The translations under genes and the position numbers were made by a program. Under the pieces are notes generated by a model. The model did not search any database, had not been told where the DNA came from, and was given only the letters and a program-made list of their open reading frames with translations. A DNA stretch of 63,456 bases, counting the filler, from Dirinaria sp. TL-2023a (Eukaryota), in NCBI GenBank assembly GCA_051941275.1. It is 12 parts of 12 records of this genome, joined end to end, with 100 filler letters (N's around TTAATTAATTAA, not from the genome) between each part and the next. Parts side by side here need not be neighbours in the genome. Positions count along the whole stretch, not along the records: positions 10,667 to 15,894 come from JAVEBF010001702.1; positions 15,995 to 21,209 come from JAVEBF010001703.1; positions 21,310 to 26,522 come from JAVEBF010001704.1; 9 more parts are not named here. The stretch is one strand, 5' to 3'. Of this stretch, positions 13,214 through 25,000 are shown piece after piece. The number at the start of each line of letters is the position of its first letter. Position 1 is the first letter of the stretch.

Positions 13214-13276
13214 GTACCTTACGTACCTACCTTACTACTTTCAGATAGGTAGTAGTAAGGTAGTAAGGTAAGGTAC
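13214..13276. repeat. Imperfect inverted repeat built from TACCTTAC/GTAAGGTA units
   Basis: CTACCTTACTACT (13227-13239) pairs with AGTAGTAAGGTAG (13251-13263); outer arms GTACCTTAC/GTAAGGTAC. Confidence 0.7.
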
Positions 13277-13317
13277 ATGTAAGGTATCCCTGTTATTACA
13301 ACTGACGGGACCGTGGA

Positions 13318-14793
13318 ATGGCGCCGAGCGGGGACAGCCATGCTCGTTCCTCGGCTGCCTTCGTTTCTTCCATCAAATCTTCCGCCAAACGCTTAACAAG
13401 CACAATCTCGCCTGTGAAAGAGACCACTCCCGTGTATTCCTTGACCGACACCGAGTACTCGTACCAACCCAGCTTCAGTACTGATCGGTCGTCCACATCC
13501 TCCAGGTCCTCCAACCGTACCGCCTATCGCTCCAAACCTGTTTCAGGGAGCACGGCATCGCTTCCTTATATCCAAGACCGTCCTAATAAGTCCGCCATCA
13601 CGCCGCAATACGAGCAAACGTCGCCCATCTCGGTGCCGAAAAGGAAGCCATTACCTTCACCACAACATTTCACCGAAGCGCCATTAGCAAGGGCCTTCAC
13701 TTCTTCCGGGCCGCTCGCTCATATTGGGACGAAACACAACATGGCTGGCTCAGGCACAATGACGGTAACCCCGTTCGCACCATCATTTCGATCGGGATCA
13801 GATCAAAGCAAGCCTCCCAGTACCGCACAATCCAACGTCAGTTTTGGCCAAGCGGGGAATGCTGCACATGTCCCTCCTCCAACTCTGCCCTCTGTTCAGG
13901 GGTCCTTCAGTCCAGCCACAGTCTACCAGCATATACAGGACACCTCGTCAAAGCGGATATCCACTTTGGAGTATTTAAGGAAGAGGTAAGGCTCTGTTGG
14001 AGCTCGACAGACCCAGGCATTTTACTAAATAAAGTCCAGCCATGAGGGACGGATGTACTGGTACAACACACTGCTATTCAGCAGGCCTGACTTGGCCAAG
14101 TTACCCTACTTCGAGCCGAAGAAGCTTGCGCGACGAGCTACTAATTATCTGCTTCTTGGCCTGTCACTGCCCACCATCCTCGATTTGAATGCTTCAAACA
14201 TAACGGACTACTTGCGCGCTCTCAACGCGCTCCTGGTGGAGTTTGAATCATATCAGCAATTTCACCCCGCAGAGGGTTCTTCGGCATCCTCGTTATCTCG
14301 CGCGCGGATACCCCAAATGTTCAAGCGCGCCACCCAATCGGCAGGTGCGAAAGGAAGACGAGCGAGCTCAGCCCAAGAGATCGGACTTCCAATGAACTCC
14401 AGCGACCCGACGGATCTGAAATCTATGGTCAACGGGGGAGCTTCCACAGGTCCCTCGACGACATCGTCTTTTCCAATCAGCGAGCAAGAGCTCCTGCCAG
14501 GGGAAGAATACACCCATTTACTTACACCTTTTTTACCTTTCGATCCGGACTACTTTGAGACGTTCGCAACTCTATGTGACGTACTAACCGACTGCTACGC
14601 GCGTATCATCAGTTTGGTACCTTCGCCTGCGCAATGCGTCCCGGGCATCAGTGAAATCTTCACAAAGGCCGATTCCAAACTTCGCAAGATCATTGTGTCC
14701 GGTCTCGTCAAAGAGTTCGAAGAGGCAAGCAGGAACGGCGCCAAAGCTGAAATAGCCGGGGTCGGCAAAGTCGTGCTTGGAGGGCTGATGTAG
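13318..14793 (+). CDS. Uncharacterised fungal protein with disordered S/P-rich N-terminus and helical C-terminal domain
   Basis: Exons 13318-13985 and 14040-14793 join to give KRISTLEYLRKSHEGRMYWYNT; FDPDYFETFATLCDVL motif. Confidence 0.8.
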
Positions 14794-15894
14794 TCATCAT
14801 GTTTTCTGCCCTGGGGCGAAAGCATCATTTACAAATTAGTCTCTTTGTTGAGACTGGCTTGGAAATCCATTCTGGCCAATTGACGACCTACAACCCCCGG
14901 CCAGTCGGACGAGCGTGGCCTGCATGAAGATCCAAGAGCAGTTGTTCACTGTCAGCAATTCCGAGAGGCATATTGACTGCTCGAAAGATGAAGCCTCTGC
15001 AACGATGACCTTGCAGAGTGGTGATAGTGCTAGTCCAGCGCCACGTCGCAGGCGGACAGGGGAACCAGCACCACAATAGTGGAGGCATGCAGGTACCAAA
15101 AAGCTGAGTTGCGTTCATGTGCGGCGCGAAACATGAGAAAAGAAGACGGCGTACGTACATAATGGATCTGGCAGACGTACAGGTTAAGGAGGGTACAGTA
15201 GGTTAATAGTATGAGAATGCAAGGAGGCGCACCCTTCGTCGGACGCTCTATCTCGTTACAATAGACGGCCATGTTAGGTGAAGTGGCCTGGTCCAGGATA
15301 GTTTCTCTTTATTTTATCGGCCCCGCTTCCAGTCACGGGTTTCTCGACCATTTGCGAAGTGCAAATCAGATGCAGCTTTTGCCATGAAGTGCAAGGTTCC
15401 ACGCTGCGGCTGAGGTTCTCGGGTTCTTCAACCATTCACTACGTTTCCAAATAAGTCCATAAAACGCTCTAGAAACCAAATCAGGTTTTTCTTACGTTGC
15501 AATGCCGAAGTGACTGGAGAAGAGTCCATGTGAAAAGAAGCCTTGCCTGCTAAACTCTGATGGCAAGATATACATGAGATAGAATCGGCTTTTTCTGTGC
15601 ACCATACACTCTTGAGTAGGTTCACGTTCGTAAGCAACGGCCGAAGTTAAAGCCCTCTATATTTACTATCCTCGACGCTCCAATCGTTCCCGCCCCCCAG
15701 TTATCGATCATTGAGACAGGTTCGACCGGGTGTGGCCGGGAATCAGCCTGCATCGCAATGGACAACAGAGTCTCTGTCTGTAATATTCCCATCATCTCCT
15801 CTCGGTTCTCTACGACTCTCAGCAACGACGAGCAGATGTCTGGGAAATCAGATGGGGACCATAATCACTGTTTGGCGTGCCCTGGGTTTCTCTC

Positions 15895-15994
15895 NNNNNN
15901 NNNNNNNNNNNNNNNNNNNNNNNNNNNNNNNNNNNNNNTTAATTAATTAANNNNNNNNNNNNNNNNNNNNNNNNNNNNNNNNNNNNNNNNNNNN
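15895..15994. other. Artificial contig linker
   Basis: N44-TTAATTAATTAA-N44. Confidence 0.99.
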
Positions 15995-16153
15995 TTCGAA
16001 GTTGCTGTGGGCAGGAATGGTCTTGTTTGGGTCAAGGCTGGGAGTGTGAAGGAGACTTTACTAGTAGGTACCGCACTGCGCGAAACAGATGCAGAGGTGT
16101 TGGGAGTAGAGGAGCAAGAGAAGCTTGCTAGGAGGTTATTAAAACAGCTTTAG
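15995..16153 (+). CDS. RRP40: Exosome subunit Rrp40, C-terminal KH fragment
   Basis: FEVAVGRNGLVWVKAGSVKETLLVG...RRLLKQL* matches the Rrp40 KH motif FE.AVG.NG.VWV. Confidence 0.8.
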   Translation, partial: FEVAVGRNGLVWVKAGSVKETLLVGTALRETDAEVLGVEEQEKLARRLLKQL

Positions 16154-17947
16154 TGCCCACTCGAGCAGGCTCGATGTTCACACTGGTCTACAGCCAGCCC
16201 GGTAGGTTGAAATCTCAGAGACATACTCGGAGATGGCGGCCGATTCTCTTTTGAGTCGTTCCTGCAGCAGTCTCATATATGCAGAACAGTGTAAAATTCA
16301 CTGGATGTAGTTCATTAAATTACTTTTATCGATCAGTTTATACTCAAACTGGGAACGCTTTTTTTGCTCTATTCTAAAGCTACAGTGATCATTATCCATT
16401 CCATGAAAAGCAGTCCAAACAGTAACATCCTAAAACTGAAGAATAACCTAGTTTGAATCTGACACGCATCCAAAATCATCTGTAAAAAGAAGTAGCAAGT
16501 AGAACGAATGCGAATTTGTATTCTAGTCTCCTCCAAAATAGCCATATCCTGTTTCCTTTTACAGAATCCCAAAATGAGTCGGAAGGATTTAAGCACCTCT
16601 AAAGTAGGCCTTAAGCTGGAGGCTCTTCCAATTGGGAGGGATTGGGACCGAATGGCGAATTTGTCCTTCCTCTATCTCAACATCGTGATCCAGGGTGTGG
16701 GGATCTGCCCTCCTGACCGGCTGGTTCCTTAGCAGTGGCAGCTCTTCTCCAACATGTCATACTTCTTGCCACACAAACGATCAGTGTTGAATGCCGTGCG
16801 AACTCAGTTAGCTAAGCCATCTGCGGGACTATTGATATCTTGACTGTGTCTCCGCATTGAATGATCAATATCCCGCTTAAAGGCTGTTCCAGGTCCTGAA
16901 TGTTTCATTACGATATTAATACTGATTCAGATGGACTCGCAGTCAATTATAGTGTCGAAATCAATCATTCCAGTTTCTGTGAAGTCTCAAGGCCAATTCT
17001 ATAGTGAGCTTAAGAAACTGGTGCTGAAAATGCTTCCGGTGCCAAGTCTGGCTCCTTCGCCATTTCAATTCACAAGGGTTTTCGCTGTCGAGTCGTCACT
17101 GAGCATCCCTTGCTGAGTCCTTCTTTCATCAAGTACAAAAGCTGCAAGATTCGGAGCCGAATTGACGACTTTGGGCCGATTGACGAAACCGAACAACAAT
17201 GTTGGTTGCTTGCATGTTGTGTGATTCTTGTGACTTCATTCAAGAAATTGTCGATTTAAGTGCACTCGGAGTGATAAAAAACAAGTCATTGCGCACGCAT
17301 CTTTTATTTTTTGTTCTTTGGTTTTGCTTCTGTCGACGTTCATCTTAGGCCCATCAGTTGTCTGTGACACAGCATAAGAAGCAAAGCCCTCTTCTTGATA
17401 CACACCAACTTCGGCTGTCGCTAAAGAGCCCCGACTCATGGAAAAAAACATAACTTATTTCTTAAGCGATCGAGAAAGTATTGAGCAACGGCGTTCACAC
17501 AATCATCAGTAAGTCGCGTGATTGAATTTGATCTTTACTCTTGCTTTCTTTGGTGTCGATGTTTGGACACGAGAATGAGAGGCCCGAGGCGTCTAAAGCA
17601 TTCCTATCCAAGAACACTTCTCCAGCTGACTGCGAGTAACGTTATAGTACTAAGCATCAGAAGCTGCATCATAGCTGTGTGAGCTTGGAGTCCACAGTAT
17701 CTTTGTAAGTCTCTCCCCATCCTGTCATAGTGTACAAACTCTAACACGATACCACGAATATGGCGCCGAGCCTCAGCCGCACTTGTATCCACATACTGGA
17801 CTAACTGAAGAAGTATCGGAGCACATTGAAGAATCGACCTTTCCGCCAGAAGCATTTGCTACCATAAGCAGTGAAACGACAGCTTTATCTTATGGGATCG
17901 CTAAAATCGGTGTACCTGGCCTTGATTGCTTTATGAAGGATGCAATA

Positions 17948-18420
17948 TCAACATTGATGTAAGTGCTTCGTGTTACGGCGCCACCCACTGTCAGAGTCTT
18001 TCTCCTTCTCTTTATTTGCCTCTTTGCCCTTCTTCTCCTGGTTCTTGTATCGTTGCTTGTCTTTTGCCAACTCCTTGGTAGCTTCTCTGGCGTCCTTGCT
18101 TTGGGCTTCACTGTGTTGCTTGTTGCTTGAATCTTGTGGACTCCTTGGCCGCCTCTACCTCCTCCGCCTTCTCCGCGTCCTCTTTCTTTGACGCTTCACG
18201 ATTTTGCCTGAAATCCTCCAACCCTTTGGCCACTTTCTTCGTCTTCTTCTTCGCTCTGCGCTGCACGATGTTCTTTAACTTGCTTGACTCTCTCTACTTC
18301 TTTTGCATCGGGCTCGTGAAAGAGATCTTGTCGAGCTGGAAGAGCACTTGTCTGTACTTGTGGCCAATTCCTTCAGGCGCTTAATGAGCACTTGTCTGTA
18401 CTTTTGGTCCTTTGGGCGCT
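17948..18420 (-). pseudogene. Disrupted K/E-rich coiled-coil ORF
   Basis: Frame HKYRQVLFQLDKISFTSPMQKK*RESSKLKNIVQRRAKKK...EKEKDSDSGWRR has an in-frame TAG. An 18-bp local duplication lies at about 18342-18359 and 18386-18403. Confidence 0.4.
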
Positions 18421-18969
18421 GGCTTGGATGGAGGAACTGAATACTTTTGAAAAGTCTCCATCGCCGTACCTTCAAGTCCTGGACCTGCTGGTCCATCACA
18501 GTGGAAGTACCGTGGTGGTCAGTATGTATGTAAGGTCGTTGCGTTAGGAATGGTGGCCATGGCTGATGCTGGAAAAGCCCATTTCTTTACCAACAAGCTC
18601 TGAATATCCGTGGATGTTGGAATCTTACTGATATTTCTTTCGATCCCGCCCGCTTCCGCTTGCCTCCATTATTCGGAGGCGTGGCCATGGAGCCACCAGC
18701 GGCGGTTTCCATTCAGACACGTTACCTAGCAGCATGTTTGCCAGAGCAATCAGCATGTACATCTTTGCTCGACGACGAGACATATCCAGGCATCTCTACG
18801 CTGAGATCTGCTCACGTAGTTCTATCGATCAGCATCGCCAGCCCAAGGATTGGGCATGGACACCTCGTCCATCCCGTGATATCGAGATGGGTCATTGTAG
18901 TCAAAGCCAGCTGGCCGAGCCCGCAAGCTGCGAGCCATGATGTCAATAACGGAAACGGGCTCGGGCGAT

Positions 18970-19158
18970 CGCTCGAAGAATATCGTTGTGTGATATGGCC
19001 GCTGCTCCGCCGAATGCCATCCTACAGGCCCGGCACGCCTTGCTTGGCCATGATGCGACAGCTCCCGCTCGAAGAATATCGTTGTGTGATATGGCCGCTG
19101 CTCCGCCGCATGCCATCCTACAGGCCCGGCACGCCTTGCTTGGCCATGATGCGACAGC
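18970..19158. repeat. Tandem duplication, 96-bp period, two copies
   Basis: 18970-19062 and 19066-19158 are near identical (one mismatch seen). Confidence 0.95.
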
Positions 19159-19229
19159 GGAGTAGCGGCCAGATTACTGACTATGAACGCCCTTGATGGC
19201 AACCAAGCTCTGCATCTGGCGTTCTAGCC

Positions 19230-20130
19230 GTGCAATCCTTGAAGTCACTACATGCTGCGGCCTTGAGCAACGCCTCTTCCGCCGTCGTGCTCCCGTTGTA
19301 GAGGAGCCTCAGGCCTCGCGGCCTCTTGCTCTCGAAGCTGCTGTTCGAGTGTGTCTTGCGACACTGAAGTTCGTTGTGATGAGGAAGAGATATGGCTATG
19401 ATCTCGTAAGCAATCTCTTCGATTTCGGCTCGATTCTGACACACGAACAGGGAAAGCCTCTTCCGCCGTCGCGCTCCCGTTGTAGAGGAGCCTCAGGCAT
19501 GAGGCCTGCGCCTGGTTAATCTTCGCTTTGCCCGCCTTCACGATTCGCATATCCTGGCCCCGGAGCTGCTGCTCCACCTTTTCAAACTTTCTTGAGTCAA
19601 GCTTGCTCCACTGAAGTTCGTTGTGATGTGGATCCTCTTGGATTTTCCCGTCTTCACGATCCGCATATCCTGGCCCCGGAGCTGCTGCTCCAGCTCCAGG
19701 TATAGCGCCCGCTCGACGGGAGTCTGCGCAACGGTGATGACGATTAACTCGGACGGAGGTCGTCAATCTCCGCCCGGTTCTGTCTCAAGACGGAGTCCAA
19801 GGAGTTTTCGAAATCTCTTGAGTCATGTGTGCTCCACTGAAGCTCGTTGTGATCTGGCTCCTCTTCGATTTTCCCGTCTTCACGATTCTCATATCTTGGC
19901 CCCGGAGCTGCTGCTCCAGCTTCAGGTATAGCGCCCGCTCGACGGGAGTCTGCGCAACGGCGATGACGATTAACTCGGACGGGATCTCCTCGATCTCCGC
20001 CCGGTTCTGTCGCACAAACATGTCCAAGAACCGCTGGGCATGCGCGTGGCGCTGCTCGTACCACTCGTGGGAGTGGACGTCGTTAAACGCCCGGAAGGTC
20101 TCAGCCGAGCTTCTCTCGGCGCGGAGAATG
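19230..20130 (-). pseudogene. Scrambled, multiply duplicated fragments of a DNMT5/Rad8-like SNF2 gene
   Basis: Peptides AETFRAFNDVHSHEWYEQRHAHAQRFLDMFVRQNRAEIEEIP..PVERALYLKLEQQL and NGSTTAEEALLK resemble, from memory, the DNMT5 SNF2 region (FVRQNIAEIDEIP..AERAIYLELEH..SAEEALLK). Three to four partial copies with frameshifts. Confidence 0.7.
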
Positions 20131-21209
20131 CTGCATGATATGTTTCTGTCTTCTTGTCAGAGATTGTGCACTTTTAGTCGAGTTCTGAAGCGCCGCGGAG
20201 TTGAAGATGATGTGGAAGTAGCGGGAATTTCTCGACAAGAAAAAGGACTTTCTGCGCGGATCCTGGTGTCGGATGCCCTCTCGTCTGCTGTCTAGTCAGA
20301 GGTGGAGCGCCTGTGACGTTGTGAGGAGGTACTTTACCCTCAAGGTTGAACCGGGCCCCCTTGTGGCGCCTGGTGGGGAGGCGCCGAATGAGCTTGGGAT
20401 CACCCTGATTGGTAGACCTCGAAGACTACGGTTAGCAAGTGCTGCAAGAGCTGTGATGAGCAACCTAGCTCAAGGAGTGGAAAATGGAAAAGCAGAAGCA
20501 AGGCAAGAAGTGATGGCCATGAAGAACTGCCGCAAGCTCCTACAAGAGCAAGCCAGGGTGTTGGCGCGGCTGACGTTCGGCTTCTACTTACTCATGATCC
20601 CTCTAGATCGACTGACGCGACGTATCTACAAAGAATGACTCGACTTGAGCAATCTTTGAAGTCGATGTCGAGTATTGACTACGTGGAAAGATAACGGTGG
20701 GGTGGGGGTTCATACCGAGTTCAATCGAGCAAGCTGCTCTCGATGCAATCGAGAGCAGCTTGCCACAAGACCGCGATCTCCCGAAGGAATATCTTAAAAA
20801 GGTCGTGTCAATATTGTTCGTGACAGATTGTGGCATCGAAAGGAATATCAAGTCTAGTGCCAAGAGGCTGGCTTGAATGCTTAAAGTACTGCAAGGCTTG
20901 TTGGGTGATCTTGACAAGGTCGGGTTTGGCTGGCTGGGAGTAGGAATCTGGCGGTAAACAAGAGCGGTATCATATACCTCTTGAGAATTTGGTCAAGATC
21001 ACCCCAAGCAACTAGGAAGGAACTTCACAGCAAGGCAACGGACCCATTTCTTTTCAATACATCAATGAATCGAGCGCTTTCTAAAAGATCATATGGACAT
21101 CGGACGTTTGATACGACATTTCACATCACTGCTCATCTGTTCGATCTCCGCATTCAAGGTAATGATACTGCAGCAGCTTGTATGTCTATCACCATCCACC
21201 ACCCACACC

Positions 21210-21309
21210 NNNNNNNNNNNNNNNNNNNNNNNNNNNNNNNNNNNNNNNNNNNNTTAATTAATTAANNNNNNNNNNNNNNNNNNNNNNNNNNNNNNNNNNN
21301 NNNNNNNNN
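21210..21309. other. Artificial contig linker
   Basis: N44-TTAATTAATTAA-N44. Confidence 0.99.
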
Positions 21310-22045
21310 GGGCTAGGAGAGGGTCACTGAGGTGGGGACTGGAAGTTGACATGGTCTGTAAGAATTTCTATTCAATTGATAGACCTGCTGGTATGATAGT
21401 TGTCGTGACTATCGAGTCATCCCGCTCGGAACGAACCTTCGCATGGTAGATAATGCAAAGTCTGAAGATACAGAACTGATTGGCTGCCATTATCGGTAGT
21501 TCGTGTCGCCGGAAAGTTCCCCGGGGCGGATTCTAGGCACTAAATTGGGGGTGATAGGGAAGCTAGAACCACCCGGGGTTAGGCAGACATGCCGCAGCCT
21601 TACAGATGAGGGATGCCTGGTAAGATACAGTAAGAGTAATGTACTCATACAATAGCCTTGCTCGTCATGCAACAAGTTCAGCCTCATTGTGTTAAAGCTT
21701 GGATCTGCGGAAGTCCTTGTGTAAGATGAGTGAATGAACAAGCAGCTCCTCCCTAAACCTAGACACCCATGTTTACTACTGGTTTACGATCACAGTCTCG
21801 GATGAAGTGATCAGTCACGCAACTTCATCACATCTTGCTCTGATAACACCTGATAATAAGACTGAGTCTTGTTTATTTACTACACTGCTGAGCATTTTCG
21901 CATGGCTCTTTCTCTTACCCATCTACAACGGTTTCTCAACATACCTTCCTTTTGTACAGACAACCACGTTGAGCTTCTGCCTCCATAGCGCGACCTGAGG
22001 TGATTGTCCTTGTTGGTTCTCTGTCATATCAAAACCGTAGGAATC

Positions 22046-25000
22046 ATGCCTCGGAAAGCCTTCATTGCAGATCTTCAGCAGGCTGTGGAAAATCTCGAGA
22101 CTGAACATATTTCGGACCTTAAAGCTGGGGATGAAGATGGCACCATCACCTTCAGATTCCATGCCGATCCAAATCCGTCCTCCTCCTCCTCCGAAGGCGT
22201 TAAGATATCTGCTATCGTTCCTGGTAAGTCTTGGGTTTTTGATCAGATCTGGCCTCTTTGCAGGGTAGGACTACTAACAGGTAGGGCAGACGTCTCCGAT
22301 TACCCCACATCGCATGCATACATTATGTGTACAGATAGTGCCGACGTGCCTGCGTCAATCAACACCGCCATGCGTGATATTGGCGATTTCGCAGGAGCCC
22401 CGATCGATCAAATGCTTCAGAAAACAGCCAAGATACTTTGCAAGGCTACAGCAGGCTCCCGTGCAAACCCCGTCAGCCTGGATGACGATCCCATGATCAT
22501 TGACAGCTCTGACCCAGATGACGAATCCGAGCAACTACAGTCCGAAGACGAGGAGGACTACGAAGATCACGGAATCTCTGATGAATGGTGGGACCCCCAA
22601 GGACCAGTTGTGCAGGCATTGAAGCCTAAAGCCACCTTTGCGCGCCCAAAGCATCGGGCTGAAATTATCGCTCTCAATCAACGAATCCGGCAGGATCTTC
22701 AGACCGCGAAGCAGGCAGGTTTCAGGGTTGGACACCTGGGTACCCTCATGAACGGTGGCGAGGGCTCGTTTGTTACAGTCTCGTGTCGTATATCGAAGCT
22801 TGGTATATCCGAAGAAGCGTTGCGAGCCTGGCACCTGGACCCCAACGAATACTTCATGCTGATCATTCGCTACGCCTCTGGTTATCAGACATATTCACAG
22901 CTTGCTCAGGGCCATGACGGTAGTGGAGATAGCGTTCATGTCCGCGTCGGTCTCTCTCGGCGATATAAGATCTCTATCACTGAAGCGATCGAAGCCTTCA
23001 GCAAAACAAATGATAAAGCTAAGGAGCCGAATAAACCGGAAGACCTTGGAAGGGATGAGAAGAAGGAGGGACTCATGCCGTTCTTCATCAGCCGGCCTCT
23101 CAACGATCTTATGAGCTCCCAGCTTCTTGCCTGCTTGAAGTACCGCGAGAGATATGCTTTTACATGGGATGGCGCCGAGGAATACTACTACGTTCATCAA
23201 GGCATGAGTATCACTTCTTCTGATCAGCTCGATGAGAAATACTGGAAAGAGGAGGCTCCTAAAATATTCTTGCCAAAATTGGTGACTGGAGACCACCTCG
23301 CTGACCTCAGGAGCCAGAATGCTGCCACTCGCGACGCCTCTTTTCCTCTATTAGCAATGCAGTTTGGCCTGAGACATCTTGTTCGATGCACAGAATTCTG
23401 TTTGGTCTGCCATTGCCGAGTTGCTGCAGACTTTGAGGCTCTTCGGCCATACGTCTGCGATAAACCGCTCTGTCTCTATCAATACATGGCTTTGGGATTC
23501 GGTCCAAGCATCGAACATGAGATCACGGTACAGCCCTATGTTGTGGACCTTTTGGTCAGCTTTTGTTACAGCAGTGCCTCTACCACGAATGCTCTCAAGG
23601 CCTTTCCTAATGGTATGGGTCTTACCGTACCTTCGCCCAAACTCGTATCAGCCCCAGCACTCCAGGCAGCTCCAAGATCCCTGCTGAACACTAGTAATGC
23701 TGGAGATACGCCGCCAGATAAAACGGGCACCGCTGCTGTCTTGGCGGCAGGAGAACATACGAGGGTTCGTTACTCGGCACGATTCGACATACACGGAATG
23801 GAGCTCATATTCCCTCCGGATGATCAAATCCGGCCGCTGCGGCTGGGTAACTGGGTCTGTGTAACAAATCCTGATAATAACGAGCAGAAAATGCATTGCC
23901 GAGTCATCGAGACTCTGTATCCTGTAGTGCGGCTGAGTCCTGCCATTGTTGGAGGCAAAGCCACTAATCCTCGAGCTGGAGCTCTTGTTACCAGCTCATT
24001 AAAGGGCACTACAATTACACCGGCAGCTACACCTCCTCTGGAACAGCAACGTGCGTCTACAACTACGAAACTACCAGCAGTCGAATTCGTCGTTTACGAC
24101 CAGAACTTCGATGAGTTATCAAATGAAGACAAGCAGAAATGCATCCGAATGCTCCTCGATACGATTCCAGGTGTCCTAGAAATGAAGGAATACCTGCAGA
24201 GCGGCAGACACAAGACCCTTCAATCATGGACCGATCGACTGAGCCCAGCAGCATTGGGGGTCCTCCGTTGGATCATTGCATCTAACCGATCCTGCATCAT
24301 CCAAGTGGATAATCTTGAAGGTGGATTGAGAAAGTCTGAAGAGCGAGTATCCGGCATGCCGGAATATATGCAATTCCGGTTCGCTCAAGGAGCTCCTGAC
24401 AAGGAGCAGAGGTTTATGACTTCTATGCGAAGTGAGATTCCGAATATGTCGAAGCCCCAGTATCCTACTCTGTTCGCGTGGCACGGTAGCTCGCTATACA
24501 ATTGGCATTCTATTGTTCGAGAAGGGCTGCATTTCAACCAAATAATCAATGGAAGGGCTTTTGGGAACGGCGTTTATTTCTCTCCTCAGGCAAACACCAG
24601 CCTTACTTATTCTGGATCTTTGAGACGGTATTCCTTGCTTGGACCAGCAGGCGAAGAAACAGCGTCACCCTCTTGGATGTGGCCTCATAGCCTACTACGC
24701 ATCTCTGACGCTTTGTCGCTCAACGAGATCATCAATCGACCAGAACAGTTTCAGTCCGCTTCTCCGCATTTTGTCGTTGCCCAGCTCGACTGGATCCAGA
24801 CGCGTTATCTGTTCGTGCGATGCAACAACGCCGCTCTGACGGGTGATCTGCTGAAGACCGACGTCGTGCCAACGAACGCGTACGCACAAGATCCCAAATA
24901 CAGAGTCATAGGAGTACTGGACAAGGCAATCGTCATTCCGTTGACGGCAGTCAGCAAATCCCGCCGACCATCCACAAGTGTCAAAAACCAAGGCAAGAAG

